A stretch of 32,000 nucleotides of DNA from Candidatus Jordarchaeales archaeon. Its GTDB lineage: Archaea; Asgardarchaeota; Jordiarchaeia; Jordiarchaeales; Freyrarchaeaceae. Within the stretch, counting starts at the first letter, position 1; each line of letters starts with the position of its first letter. The notes under the pieces were generated by a model. The model was given only the letters and a program-made list of their open reading frames with translations, was not told the origin of the DNA and ran no database searches. The stretch is from assembly GCA_038889235.1 (NCBI GenBank), contig JAWAHN010000003.1, positions 21,606 through 53,605 of the forward strand, read 5' to 3'. Positions 1 through 9,367 of this stretch are shown here, in pieces. The translations under genes and the position numbers were made by a program.

Positions 1-2
1 TA

Positions 3-734
3 GAAGAATCGGGTGTGAAGGAACCGTTATCCTACGAGGAAGTGGAATGTTTAGCCAGAGGTGGGCGCTACTGCGAGTTCCACATTAAAAAGAACGAGGA
101 AGCCGCCCCGATACGTAGGCTTGAGGGGGAGATTCCGAGGCCCATGTTTAGCTACGACGAAGTGAGAGCGGCCTCGTGCGGCGTTAACCTCTCTAAGAAA
201 AATCCGAGAAGCGTGATCGGCCACTTTGTTAACTCATTAAAGGTGGAAGAAGGCTCACTCAGAGTGGGAAGGGAGACAGTCTTCTTCGTGCCGTCATTCC
301 TCCACTCCATCGCATACTGGATGCTGCCCCTCGAAAAGTTCGGTAACTTCATATACACGGTATACCGGAAAGCAGTGAACGAGTACGGTAGGACGCTTGC
401 GAAGGAGAGTGAAAAGTACGGGTGTATCGGTGTAACCGAGTTTTTCCTAAACTCGACTTCAGCCATGGGGTGGGGGGGAATAGAAGTAGAGGAGTTCAGC
501 GACTCTAGGGTATCCTTCAAGATATACCACTCACTCCTCGGCGAAGACGTTAAGGCGTATGCGTCGTGGAAGGGCTTAAATCTTCAGCCATCATGCAACC
601 TAATAGGATACGTTGTTGAAGGCATACTAAACTACTTTGCTAGGCAGAAGGGGGAAGTTTTCACAGCCAGAGAGGATAGATGCATAGCAGCAGGCGACCC
701 ACTCTGCAAATTCACGATAGAAAAAGAAAGGTAG
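3..734 (+). CDS. Tandem V4R (4-vinyl reductase) domain protein, 5'-truncated by window edge
   Basis: Frame is open from nt 3 (EESGVKEPL...), so the GTG at 15 is probably internal. N-terminal EEVECLARGGRYCEFHI is the tail of one V4R domain. A full V4R follows (MGWGGIEV...PSCNLIGYVVEG...EDRCIAAGDPLCKF). Confidence 0.8.
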   Translation, partial: EESGVKEPLSYEEVECLARGGRYCEFHIKKNEEAAPIRRLEGEIPRPMFSYDEVRAASCGVNLSKKNPRSVIGHFVNSLKVEEGSLRVGRETVFFVPSFLHSIAYWMLPLEKFGNFIYTVYRKAVNEYGRTLAKESEKYGCIGVTEFFLNSTSAMGWGGIEVEEFSDSRVSFKIYHSLLGEDVKAYASWKGLNLQPSCNLIGYVVEGILNYFARQKGEVFTAREDRCIAAGDPLCKFTIEKER

Positions 735-987
735 CCTCCACAAGCTCGAACTACAAACTTAGCCGCCTAAAAGCCTTCCACGGACACACTGCCCGGAAGG
801 AGTCTAAACGTGCAGTTTCACAACACCGAAACGCTTTATGGAGGCTCAACGGTCCACTCACGCTCCCTCTAAGCTCCGCGACGCGAAGAAGCCACTTTTA
901 TCCACTCTGCCTTCAGAAATTTCGTCTTCATTGAGATGGGAAAACTATTTTTTATTTTTCTAGCTTTGGTCTCCACGTGGTGGTGAT

Positions 988-1704
988 TTGCTGGGTATTT
1001 TTGTTGGGACGAGCGGTTGGGCTTACTTTTGGAACCCTGAAGGAAGCTTCGACTGGTATCTTAAGAACAGCGGTTTCAACGCCGTCGAGCTCAACGCAAG
1101 CTACTACAGGTTTCCTTTTCCGAGCCAGGTTAGAGGCTGGGCTAAGAAGACTCCTGAGTGGTTTAGGTGGGCTGTCAAGGTCTCTCGCTTTATAACACAC
1201 GTGTTCAAATTCGGTGAGCGCGCATACCAAACCTGGCAAAAGTTTAGAAATCTTTTCGCCCCCCTCGACGAGAAAATCAGCTTTTACCTCTTCCAGCTTC
1301 CACCCAACATGAAGCCGACTGAGAAGAACGTTGAGAAAATAGAGCGGTTCGCCGAGGAGTCGGAACTTGGGCCGCGCTTCGCACTGGAGTGGAGGAACGA
1401 GGAGTGGTTTAGCGAGAAGTGGGTTAACTGGGCGCGCAGATTAAACATAACTATAGTCTCAGTTGACGCCCCCGAACTGCCACGCGACATCATGGTGTCT
1501 AATGGAAGAGTCTACCTTAGAATGCATGGCAGGACGGCGTGGTACTCCCACGTCTATAGCAGGGAGGAGCTTGAAGAGGTCGCTGAGAGAATAGTTGCCG
1601 AGGGACCCGAGCTCGTCTACGTCTTCTTCAACAACGACACGGGAATGCTTCCAAACGGAAGGGAGATGCTGCAAATACTGAAGCTTAAGCTTGCACCACA
1701 ATAA
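988..1704 (+). CDS. DUF72 (YecE-like) TIM-barrel protein
   Basis: Motifs VGTSGW, VELNASYY, KVSRFITH, FQLPP, EWRNEEW, YLRMHGR, YVFFNND; TTG start after GGTGGTGA. Confidence 0.92.
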   Translation: MLGIFVGTSGWAYFWNPEGSFDWYLKNSGFNAVELNASYYRFPFPSQVRGWAKKTPEWFRWAVKVSRFITHVFKFGERAYQTWQKFRNLFAPLDEKISFYLFQLPPNMKPTEKNVEKIERFAEESELGPRFALEWRNEEWFSEKWVNWARRLNITIVSVDAPELPRDIMVSNGRVYLRMHGRTAWYSHVYSREELEEVAERIVAEGPELVYVFFNNDTGMLPNGREMLQILKLKLAPQ

Positions 1705-1826
1705 ACCCTTGAGCACCCTCCAGCGACTGGTAGCATGCTGACCCCGGGGGGGAGACTTTTCTACCGTAATTTTTAAGATGACTCTTCGATAAGAATAGTT
1801 TCAAGGGGTTATCGGAGGGGAGGGCT

Positions 1827-2324
1827 TTGTCGGAGTATGTTGAGGTTATTGTAGACCACGATTTGAAGGACGTGACTCCAGAGATGATCGATTGGTGGTG
1901 GGACAACATAAATGAGGAAAGGTACAAGCTCTGGCACCCGAAAGACCACAAGGGGTTCAAGTGGGAGGTTCACCCAAAGGAGAAAGGCCACGTTGGCGCT
2001 ATACACGTGGCGGAAGAAGACATCGGCGATATGACCGTGACGCTGCGCATACGCTGGGAGGACCCGAAAAACGTACCTATACCTGTAACTATGAGCCACG
2101 CTGTCGCGGCAAGCATAATCGACGAGAACGGAGAACCGATGGCTTGGCTGGTACACCAGTACGAGGCAACGCCGAATGGGACCAGAATGCGTTCAACGTT
2201 CAAGATACCCGCGATACTTTCAGAGTACATCGCTAAAGGGCTCTACAGGCACTGCAAAGAAGAGATGGGAAACCTGCCAAAATTCCTCCCAAAGTTGTAC
2301 AAGGAGGAAAAGAAGGAACAGTGA
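1827..2324 (+). CDS. DAPG hydrolase (PhlG)-like Zn-dependent hydrolase, compact form
   Basis: VTPEMIDWWW..RYKLWHPKDH and C-terminal HCKEEMGNLPKFLPKLY match the PhlG/phloretin hydrolase family pattern; GGAGG before TTG. Confidence 0.75.
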   Translation: MSEYVEVIVDHDLKDVTPEMIDWWWDNINEERYKLWHPKDHKGFKWEVHPKEKGHVGAIHVAEEDIGDMTVTLRIRWEDPKNVPIPVTMSHAVAASIIDENGEPMAWLVHQYEATPNGTRMRSTFKIPAILSEYIAKGLYRHCKEEMGNLPKFLPKLYKEEKKEQ

Positions 2325-2397
2325 GTGAGACCTTACCCTTCACCGTCCAACTAATCTAAACCCAACATTCCCCCTTTAACCATTTTTTGCGTTTCAC

Positions 2398-3606
2398 TCA
2401 TTTAATTGTCACCAATTGTGTTTTCAACACTCTCGAAACTGCCGGGTCGACTCTCTTCTCCAGCTTTGTCCTACTAATTTTTTCGAGTAAAGGAATGCTG
2501 GCTAGGGTGAGCGCGGCTGCCAATATGAACAGTACCGGGTAGCCGAGGTTTTCCGCCACAATACCGCTCAGGAAAGACCCAATTATCGACGATAGAAAGA
2601 TTGCCGCGTTGTAGACGCCCATCACCCTCCCCCTTCTCCCTTGAGCTAGCTTCATGGCTGCTGTTGGCCCTGTTACGTTCAGTATGGCCCACGTGAACCC
2701 TGAGAGCGCCATGACGACTACAACAAACAAAATTCCGCTCCTATTTCTAACGAGTAGCGATAAGAGGGTGAACGCCACCATTATGAGCACTCTCCCAGCT
2801 GAAGCCCAGGATTGCGCGCGGACGTCATCACCCTTAGAAAGCCGCTCAATCTTGGGGTATGTTAGAATAGAGGCGATGGTGCTTGTGACGTAAGCTAAAA
2901 AGACCTCGCTGCTCGTACCCCTTATACTCACTATGAAGGATGGGAGGAGAGAGTAGCCGAGGGCTGTAGAGGTGAATATCAGGAACGTCGAAGCCATGTA
3001 GAGAGATATTAACTTCTTGTCTTGCGCGCTGCTTTCTGTAACCGCTTCAACATGCTTCACACCTCCCAACTCTACGGGTCGCTGCCTGAGCACGGCGAAA
3101 GCGTAGGCGAAGCTCACTATCGAGAGCATTGCTGACGTCACGAAAAGCTCCCTCCCCTTAGAAAGGAGGGACCAGAACGCGCCTACAATTAATCCCATAA
3201 GCCAACCTAGGTCGCTAATCCTGTTGAACGAGCTAATCTCTTTGCTCCACGACGAGTGTTTGTTTGTCTCAGCTATCAACAGGGGGGCTGCTATGGCGCA
3301 TATCGCCGTTGCGAAGCCTGCTATGGCGCTGGCAAGGAAAATGTGGACGACGCGGGAGGTTGTGTAGAACACCACGCTTGACAGAGCGACCCCAAAGAAC
3401 CCTACGAGGATGTAGCTCCCTAGAATTCTCGCATTCGAAAACCTACCGGAAACTATGGATGTGAGGGCGGCAGCAGAGTTGAAGATGGCTACAGCTAAGC
3501 CAGCATCTACCAGGCTTCCACCTAGCATGCCTACGTAGACGGGTATCAGTGGAATCGTGACCGCGCTCGCCACTCTAAACGGGAAATAAGCCTTGTACCA
3601 CTTCAC
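2398..3606 (-). CDS. MFS transporter
   Basis: 402 aa, about 12 hydrophobic helices in two halves; RGRVMGVYNAAIFLSSIIGSFLSG motif. Confidence 0.88.
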   Translation of the reverse strand: MKWYKAYFPFRVASAVTIPLIPVYVGMLGGSLVDAGLAVAIFNSAAALTSIVSGRFSNARILGSYILVGFFGVALSSVVFYTTSRVVHIFLASAIAGFATAICAIAAPLLIAETNKHSSWSKEISSFNRISDLGWLMGLIVGAFWSLLSKGRELFVTSAMLSIVSFAYAFAVLRQRPVELGGVKHVEAVTESSAQDKKLISLYMASTFLIFTSTALGYSLLPSFIVSIRGTSSEVFLAYVTSTIASILTYPKIERLSKGDDVRAQSWASAGRVLIMVAFTLLSLLVRNRSGILFVVVVMALSGFTWAILNVTGPTAAMKLAQGRRGRVMGVYNAAIFLSSIIGSFLSGIVAENLGYPVLFILAAALTLASIPLLEKISRTKLEKRVDPAVSRVLKTQLVTIK

Positions 3607-3845
3607 GCTTCATGCCAGCTTACACACCTTCTGTAGCTTTCCGTTAAACTCAGGGAAACTATTTAAAGTTAACTCAGCGAGCAATAATGCTTCCAGTAAC
3701 CCTCCTTCTCAAGCTGGAGACTGCGACTTGGCGAGTGCACTCTTTCCTCTATCACCCCTTCTGAGGAGCGCGCCGAGAAATACCAGCATGTGCCTCGCTA
3801 CCCCCTTGGTAACACTTAAATCTCTTCACCTTCGATGTTGGCTGG

Positions 3846-4634
3846 GTGAGCGGCTTGCACGACTGCGACCTGTCATTCCTAGACATACCTGAGGTTTTGA
3901 GGTTCGTCTTTTACCCCCGAAAGGACTTCTCCACATGGCTTGGATCCGTGTGCTTCGTTGATGTCGGTGGAGGGGTACGCTTAGCGTGCAAGTTCTACTC
4001 GTGCGACGAGGGGAGGCCTGCGCTCTTGTACTTTCACGGTAACGGTGAGACTGCGGGAGACTACGACGAGTTCTCGTGGTTTTTCACAAAGAGGGGCCTG
4101 AACCTCTTCGTCGCAGAGTATAGGGGGTACGGGCTGAGCGGGGGGAGCCCCACTATAACAAGCCTGCTTCGCGACGCGCACATCGTTTTTGGGAGGTTTA
4201 AGAGTGTGGCTTTCGAGGAAAAGTGGGGTGGCATGTTCATCATGGGTCGCTCACTCGGAAGTATTCCGGCAATCGAGCTGGCATACCACTACCAAGATGA
4301 GATAAAAGGGTTGATTGTCGAAAGCGGGATAGCTAACACTTTTACCCTTTTCCTAGACTTTTTTGGGATTAAAATTAGTGATGAGCTGAGAGAGCAGCTT
4401 GAATCCGTGTCGAACAAGGCGAAAATAAGGAAGATAAAGGCTCCGACACTAATAATACACGCCGAAAACGACACATTGATACCAGTAAGCGAAGCCATAG
4501 AGCTGTACGAAAACTCCGGCGCGGAAGACAAAGAACTCTTCATAATTCCAGGAGCAGACCACAACGACCTGTGGTTCGTTGCAGGTGAAAAGTATTATGA
4601 TAAAATAAAGGCCTTCGTCGAAGAACACTCCTAA
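3846..4634 (+). CDS. Alpha/beta hydrolase, ABHD13/ABHD17(BEM46)-like
   Basis: YFHGNGE, EYRGYGLSGG, nucleophile GRSLG, HAENDTLIP, GADHND (Ser-Asp-His triad). Start may be TTG at 3855. Confidence 0.9.
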   Translation: MSGLHDCDLSFLDIPEVLRFVFYPRKDFSTWLGSVCFVDVGGGVRLACKFYSCDEGRPALLYFHGNGETAGDYDEFSWFFTKRGLNLFVAEYRGYGLSGGSPTITSLLRDAHIVFGRFKSVAFEEKWGGMFIMGRSLGSIPAIELAYHYQDEIKGLIVESGIANTFTLFLDFFGIKISDELREQLESVSNKAKIRKIKAPTLIIHAENDTLIPVSEAIELYENSGAEDKELFIIPGADHNDLWFVAGEKYYDKIKAFVEEHS

Positions 4635-5157
4635 AACTTTTCCGCCGTCGTTTGGCCTCCAGTTCCTCTTTCACGCTTTTTGCACCGCTTTTCCGAGCTA
4701 AAGCCCGGTTTTTCTGAGCATAGTCTTGGACTATCACAAGCGCCACGCTTTACGTTGAAGCTGTTAGAGTTACGCTTAGCATAGCTGTTTTAATGAAAAA
4801 GTCAAAGTGGTCGACGCACCGACTGATATTGGTCTTCTCCCCGCACAATGCCCCGATAAACTAGCTATTAATTAACTCTATGTGGCAGTGCGCTCTGACG
4901 TGGCGCCTGAGGATATAGAGCTCTAACGTTTAATGTAATGGTAGAGCTTGGCGGGTACCATTCTAGCTTTTGTCCCCCTCAACGCGATCGGCAAAATGTT
5001 CGTTGACGTGGCGGCTTCCAGAGGTCTCGGGGTTACCGGGTCACAAGCTAACCGGAAAACTAAAGAAACACGCTTCCCCTATTCCATTATTTTAAAGACA
5101 AAGCCCCCTTTGAACTTCTTAAACTTTCTCGTGGAGATTGTAGCGGCGGGTGGTGTT

Positions 5158-5697
5158 ATGAAAAAATTTAAGCTCACGATAGAGCTTGTCCCCACCCCAC
5201 TCTGGTTTTCATCTCTGTACAACCTTTACAGGAATGCTGGGATTCCTGAAGAGTGGCGTAGGATTAAAGCCGAACTTTTCAGAAAGGAGGGGAGAAAGTG
5301 TTGGATCTGTGGCAGGGAGGATAGGCGCTTGGAGGCTCACGAGTTCTGGGAGTACGATGACGAGAGACATGTTCAGAGACTTGTCGCTATACACCATCTG
5401 TGTGACCTCTGCCACAAGGTTAAGCACATAGGGTTCTGGTGTTACACTGAGGAGGGCAGGAGGAGGCTGAGGAGTGAGGGATTAAGCGAGGAGCATCTGA
5501 TCGAGCACTTCTGTAGGGTTAACAACTGTTCCAGGGAAGAATTTGAGAAACACAAAAATGAGGCTTTCAGAGTTTGGATGGAGAGGAACATGCACTCGTG
5601 GACACAGGACCTCGGAGAATACGACCCTGAAAAGAGGAGGGCGAGGCTGCGGGGGCGTGAACCCAGCTCAAAAACGCCTACTAAGATGCCTTTATAA
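5158..5697 (+). CDS. HNH endonuclease-family protein with Zn knuckles
   Basis: ATG at 5158 (KKFKLTIELVP), CWICG, LEAHEFWEY, LCDLCHKVKH. The ORF-track extension from 4948 looks non-coding. Confidence 0.75.
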   Translation: MKKFKLTIELVPTPLWFSSLYNLYRNAGIPEEWRRIKAELFRKEGRKCWICGREDRRLEAHEFWEYDDERHVQRLVAIHHLCDLCHKVKHIGFWCYTEEGRRRLRSEGLSEEHLIEHFCRVNNCSREEFEKHKNEAFRVWMERNMHSWTQDLGEYDPEKRRARLRGREPSSKTPTKMPL

Positions 5698-7150
5698 GTG
5701 GGATTTCCTCCTCACCCTCACGATGAGCCGCCTTCCTCCTCGCCAGGAAGTCGTAGTATGTCTTGGCGTTTCTCAGTGCGTCGCACAGCCTCCTCATGTC
5801 CGGGTAAACAGGTATCCTCTCCTTGGCTAGTATGTCCCTCAATTTAACCCATAGTGCCTCGTCACCTATGGGTGAGAGAACCACTGCGAACGGCTTCCCT
5901 TCTTTTATGGCTTTCTTGCCTGAACTCACCAGCGCATCGGTGAACTCTCCTTTGAACGCGTCACTCTGCCTCCAGTTGTAAGCCAGGTACATTACAGGAA
6001 GATCGAAGACTATCAAGTCTATGTTTGGGTCGCTTGCAATAGCATCTATGACGGTTGAAACAACTACCGGGTTGTAGTATGCACCCGACACGTCGACCGG
6101 GTTCGTGGCACTTATCCCCTCCGGGTAAACTCGTCTAACTTCCTCCTCTATCACTCTGACAGTTTCCTCGCTTAATGGGGGAACCTTGAACCCAGCCTCG
6201 GATAGGAGGTCGCTTATCGTAACGCTTGCTCCGCCACTAATGGACACGCTGCCAACCCTGTTCCCCCTCAACGGTGGAAGGAACGAGAATGTGAGCGCTG
6301 TGTCAACAAGCTCTTCAAGCGTCTTAACTTCGACAACACCCGTCTGCCTGAAAACCGCGCTCCATATCCTGTAGCTCCCAGCTAGAGACCCTGTGTGAGA
6401 GGCGCATGCCCGTGCCCCGTCCTCACTCCTCCCTCCTTTCCACACTACCAGAGGCTTCTTTAAGGAGACTTCTAGGAAAGCTTCTGCAAGCCTCTCAGCG
6501 CTCTTAACTCCCTCAATGTAGGCAGTCACAACACGCGTCTCCTCGTCATCCTTAAAGTACGACAGCAGTTCTTCAAGCCCTATATCGCAAGCGTTGCCGT
6601 AGCTCACAACCTTGCTAAACCTCAACCCCCTAGTATAGCCGTAAAGTATCACAAGGTTAGCCAAGCCTCCACTTTGGCTCACGAAGGCGACGTCTCCGGG
6701 TTCAAGGGGGAGGTTTATCCTCCAGGCGAGACCCACCCTGGGGTTGTAAAGGCCGAGGCAGTTCGGTCCAAGCACACGCGTGCGGGTCCCTTTAATGGTC
6801 TCCTTAATCTTTTCCTCCAGTTCTATGCCCTCCCTGCGCCCCGTTTCGCTGAAACCCGCCGTGAATATGGCGACGAGTTTTGCTCCTTTCTCGACGCAGT
6901 CCTTAACTATCTCTGGAACCGTGTGCGCCGGGGTTTCTATGAAGACGTAGTCGACTTTGTCCGGGATATCCGTCACTCGGGGGTAGACCTTTAACCCCAA
7001 CTCCGGTATCTCGCTCCTACTGGGATTAACCACGTACACTCTTCCCTTGAACCTTAGGAAAGACCTAAGGAAGAAATAGCCTCTTTTGCTTGAAGCCCCA
7101 ACGTCAACTACTGTTTCAGGGTTAAAGGCTTCGTCTAACTCGCTCTTCAA
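5681..7150 (-). CDS. NDP-forming acyl-CoA synthetase alpha subunit / CoA-binding protein
   Basis: FNPETVVDVGAS CoA-binding fold, LGPNCLG, SQSGG, VSYGN, YIEG, phospho-His motif ASHTGSLAG, NPVDV. TTG at 7150 lies 9 nt after GGAGG. Confidence 0.9.
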   Translation of the reverse strand: MKSELDEAFNPETVVDVGASSKRGYFFLRSFLRFKGRVYVVNPSRSEIPELGLKVYPRVTDIPDKVDYVFIETPAHTVPEIVKDCVEKGAKLVAIFTAGFSETGRREGIELEEKIKETIKGTRTRVLGPNCLGLYNPRVGLAWRINLPLEPGDVAFVSQSGGLANLVILYGYTRGLRFSKVVSYGNACDIGLEELLSYFKDDEETRVVTAYIEGVKSAERLAEAFLEVSLKKPLVVWKGGRSEDGARACASHTGSLAGSYRIWSAVFRQTGVVEVKTLEELVDTALTFSFLPPLRGNRVGSVSISGGASVTISDLLSEAGFKVPPLSEETVRVIEEEVRRVYPEGISATNPVDVSGAYYNPVVVSTVIDAIASDPNIDLIVFDLPVMYLAYNWRQSDAFKGEFTDALVSSGKKAIKEGKPFAVVLSPIGDEALWVKLRDILAKERIPVYPDMRRLCDALRNAKTYYDFLARRKAAHREGEEEIPLIKAS

Positions 7151-7347
7151 GTTGCATAGCCTCCGACCGGAAGTCCATTGCAAAAATTCACTTGCCCGCC
7201 TGTAAGTCCGGGCGGGTTATGAACACTATCCTCTCACCTTTGTTTTTTAAGTTTTCCCTTTTTCGTTTCAAAGAGCATTACGGTAGGAGAAAAATAAATA
7301 ACGCTTCCTTCCCTATTTTCTTTTTGCTAAAATGGGGGTCGAGTGCC

Positions 7348-7683
7348 TTGGAGGAGCCTAGTTCTGAGGACAGCAGTTTTAGCAGCGGGCTCCTTCCCGT
7401 TTTAGCTGAAATAAAGAGGCGTCTCGAAAACGTCTGTAGGGATAAGATCGTCGACATAATACCATTCGGGATCGAACGGTCTAAGAACCTAGAAGGCGTT
7501 GACGCGGCAATAGTGTTGAAAGAGGAAGAAGAACTTAACAATAGTGCGAAGAGGATAAGCAAGGTTCTAGAAGAGGTTCTTAAAGAGAAGAAGATAAGGG
7601 TGCGCTTCATATCACAGGAGAAGCTCGAAAAAACCATGTGGCCCCTGTACATTCAGAGGAAGTCTGTTAGGAGGGCGCAGTGA
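7348..7683 (+). CDS. Small degenerate nucleotidyltransferase (MNT)-like protein
   Basis: Helix followed by IIPFG...VDAAIV...VRFISQEKL resembles the minimal NTase layout, but the GS and DxD motifs are altered. TTG start inferred. Confidence 0.45.
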   Translation: MEEPSSEDSSFSSGLLPVLAEIKRRLENVCRDKIVDIIPFGIERSKNLEGVDAAIVLKEEEELNNSAKRISKVLEEVLKEKKIRVRFISQEKLEKTMWPLYIQRKSVRRAQ

Positions 7684-7757
7684 CCCCGCCAGCTCGGGGT
7701 GTTAATCATCCAGTGTCCTCCTGGGGGAGGGGTTCGTTTCTGGGCGTTAGTCGTGAA

Positions 7758-8498
7758 ATGCTGGCTAAGCTCGTAGACATACCTGTGAGTAAGCGTTTAC
7801 GCGTCGTAGCGTTAACTGGAGCCGGTGTTTCAGCCGAGAGTGGTGTCCCCATTTTCCGGGGCCCGGGATCCATGTGGGAGATTCCAGAGGTTAGAGAGCT
7901 TGCCCGTAGGGCTGGTCCACCGTGGAATAACAGGGAGACATGGGAGTTCTACGAGTGGAGGAGGGGGCTTGTGGCGCGCTGCAAGCCTAACGCCGCCCAC
8001 CTAACGCTTGCGGAGATGGAGCGTTACTTTGAAGACTTCTGCCTCATAACGCAGAACGTCGACGGGCTCCACTGGAGGGCTGGAAGCAAGCACGTCCTCG
8101 AGCTTCACGGCAGTATGTGGAAGGGACGGTGCCCCAAGGATGGAGCCGTAGTAGATCTTCCCGAAACGCCTCTCAAGAGCATTCCGCCAGTGCACGAGTG
8201 TGGAACCCCAATGCGCCCCCACGTCGTGCAGTTCGGAGAGCCAATAGACCCCGACGTTTTGAGGAAGGCTGTGGCCGCGAGCAGAAAGGCTGACCTATTC
8301 CTCGTCATCGGCACTTCCGGCGTTGTGGCACCTGCATCCCACCTTCCTCTCATAGCCCTCGAAAGAGGGGCGAAGCTCATAGAAGTTAACCCCAGAACCA
8401 CAGTCCTGACTCCATACATGCACCTCTCCGTCAGGGGTAAAGCTGCAGAAGTTTTACCAAGAATTTGGAAGATACTTGTCGGCGAAGAAAAATATTAA
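7758..8498 (+). CDS. cobB: NAD-dependent protein deacylase (sirtuin, class III-like)
   Basis: GAGVSAESG, PNAAH, TQNVDGLH, ELHGS, RPHVVQFGE, GTSGVVAPA, YxxR (FYEWRR). Alternative GTG start at 7680 overlaps the upstream stop. Confidence 0.93.
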   Translation: MLAKLVDIPVSKRLRVVALTGAGVSAESGVPIFRGPGSMWEIPEVRELARRAGPPWNNRETWEFYEWRRGLVARCKPNAAHLTLAEMERYFEDFCLITQNVDGLHWRAGSKHVLELHGSMWKGRCPKDGAVVDLPETPLKSIPPVHECGTPMRPHVVQFGEPIDPDVLRKAVAASRKADLFLVIGTSGVVAPASHLPLIALERGAKLIEVNPRTTVLTPYMHLSVRGKAAEVLPRIWKILVGEEKY

Positions 8499-8566
8499 TC
8501 CGCGTACCGCACCTGTTTCTTTAGTGTTGTTTTGAGCAATAAGTCAGAGGTGGGGGTGGTGGAGGG

Positions 8567-9367
8567 TTGCCTTACGCTAAAGTTAGAGACATAAACATGT
8601 ACTACGAGGTTTACGGCAGCGGTTTCCCGTTGGTCATGATCATGGGACTTGGAGCAAACACTTACTGGTGGGACCCGTACCTGATAGACGAGTTTTCAAA
8701 GCACTTCAAGGTTGTGGTTTTCGACAACAGGGGCGCCGGAAGAACAGATAAGCCCGCCGTGGACTACACCATGAAAATGTTCGCCGACGACACTGTTGGG
8801 CTAATGGACTACCTGGGAATAAAGAAGGCGCACATTCTAGGCGTTTCGATGGGTGGAATGATAGCCCAAGAGATCGCACTAAACTACCCTGAGCGCGTCG
8901 AAAAACTTGTCCTGTGCGTCACAGCTCCAGGTGGACGTGTAACAGTTCCACCCAAACCTGAAGCGATGGCCCTGCTGACAATGGATAGGAGTAAGCTCAC
9001 CGACGAGCAAATAGCGATGGAAACCATCAAGGTCCTCTACCCCAAAGAATTCATCGAGAAACACCCAGAAATAGTCAAAGTCTCCTTGGAGAGACTCTCG
9101 AAGTACGTGATCCCGACGGACGCTTTCATGAGACAGATTAACGCCATATTAAAGTTCGACGCCTACGATAGGCTGAGCCACATCAATAAGCCAACGCTGG
9201 TCGTCTCGGGAGGAAAAGACATACTGGTCCCACCGGAAAACGGAAAGCTTATCGCAGAGAAGATACCGAATGCCAAGCTGGTAATATTCGAAGAGTCAGG
9301 CCACGGACTTATAACGCAGGAAAGGGAGAGGTTCGCCAGCCTAGTAATAGACTTCCTCAAGAAATAG
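8567..9367 (+). CDS. Alpha/beta hydrolase (enol-lactonase/MhpC-like)
   Basis: FDNRGAGRTD, GVSMGG nucleophile elbow, GGKDILVPP, SGHG; strong GGTGGTGGAGG RBS. Confidence 0.92.
   Translation: MPYAKVRDINMYYEVYGSGFPLVMIMGLGANTYWWDPYLIDEFSKHFKVVVFDNRGAGRTDKPAVDYTMKMFADDTVGLMDYLGIKKAHILGVSMGGMIAQEIALNYPERVEKLVLCVTAPGGRVTVPPKPEAMALLTMDRSKLTDEQIAMETIKVLYPKEFIEKHPEIVKVSLERLSKYVIPTDAFMRQINAILKFDAYDRLSHINKPTLVVSGGKDILVPPENGKLIAEKIPNAKLVIFEESGHGLITQERERFASLVIDFLKK

Noticed and set aside
4540-4746. Minus-strand 68-aa basic ORF
   Set aside because: Overlaps the hydrolase 3' end; no RBS or motif.
4948-5157. N-terminal extensions in the ORF track (also 7192, 17392, 26960, 7183)
   Set aside because: Composition is non-coding-like, and better RBS-linked starts coincide with where family motifs begin.
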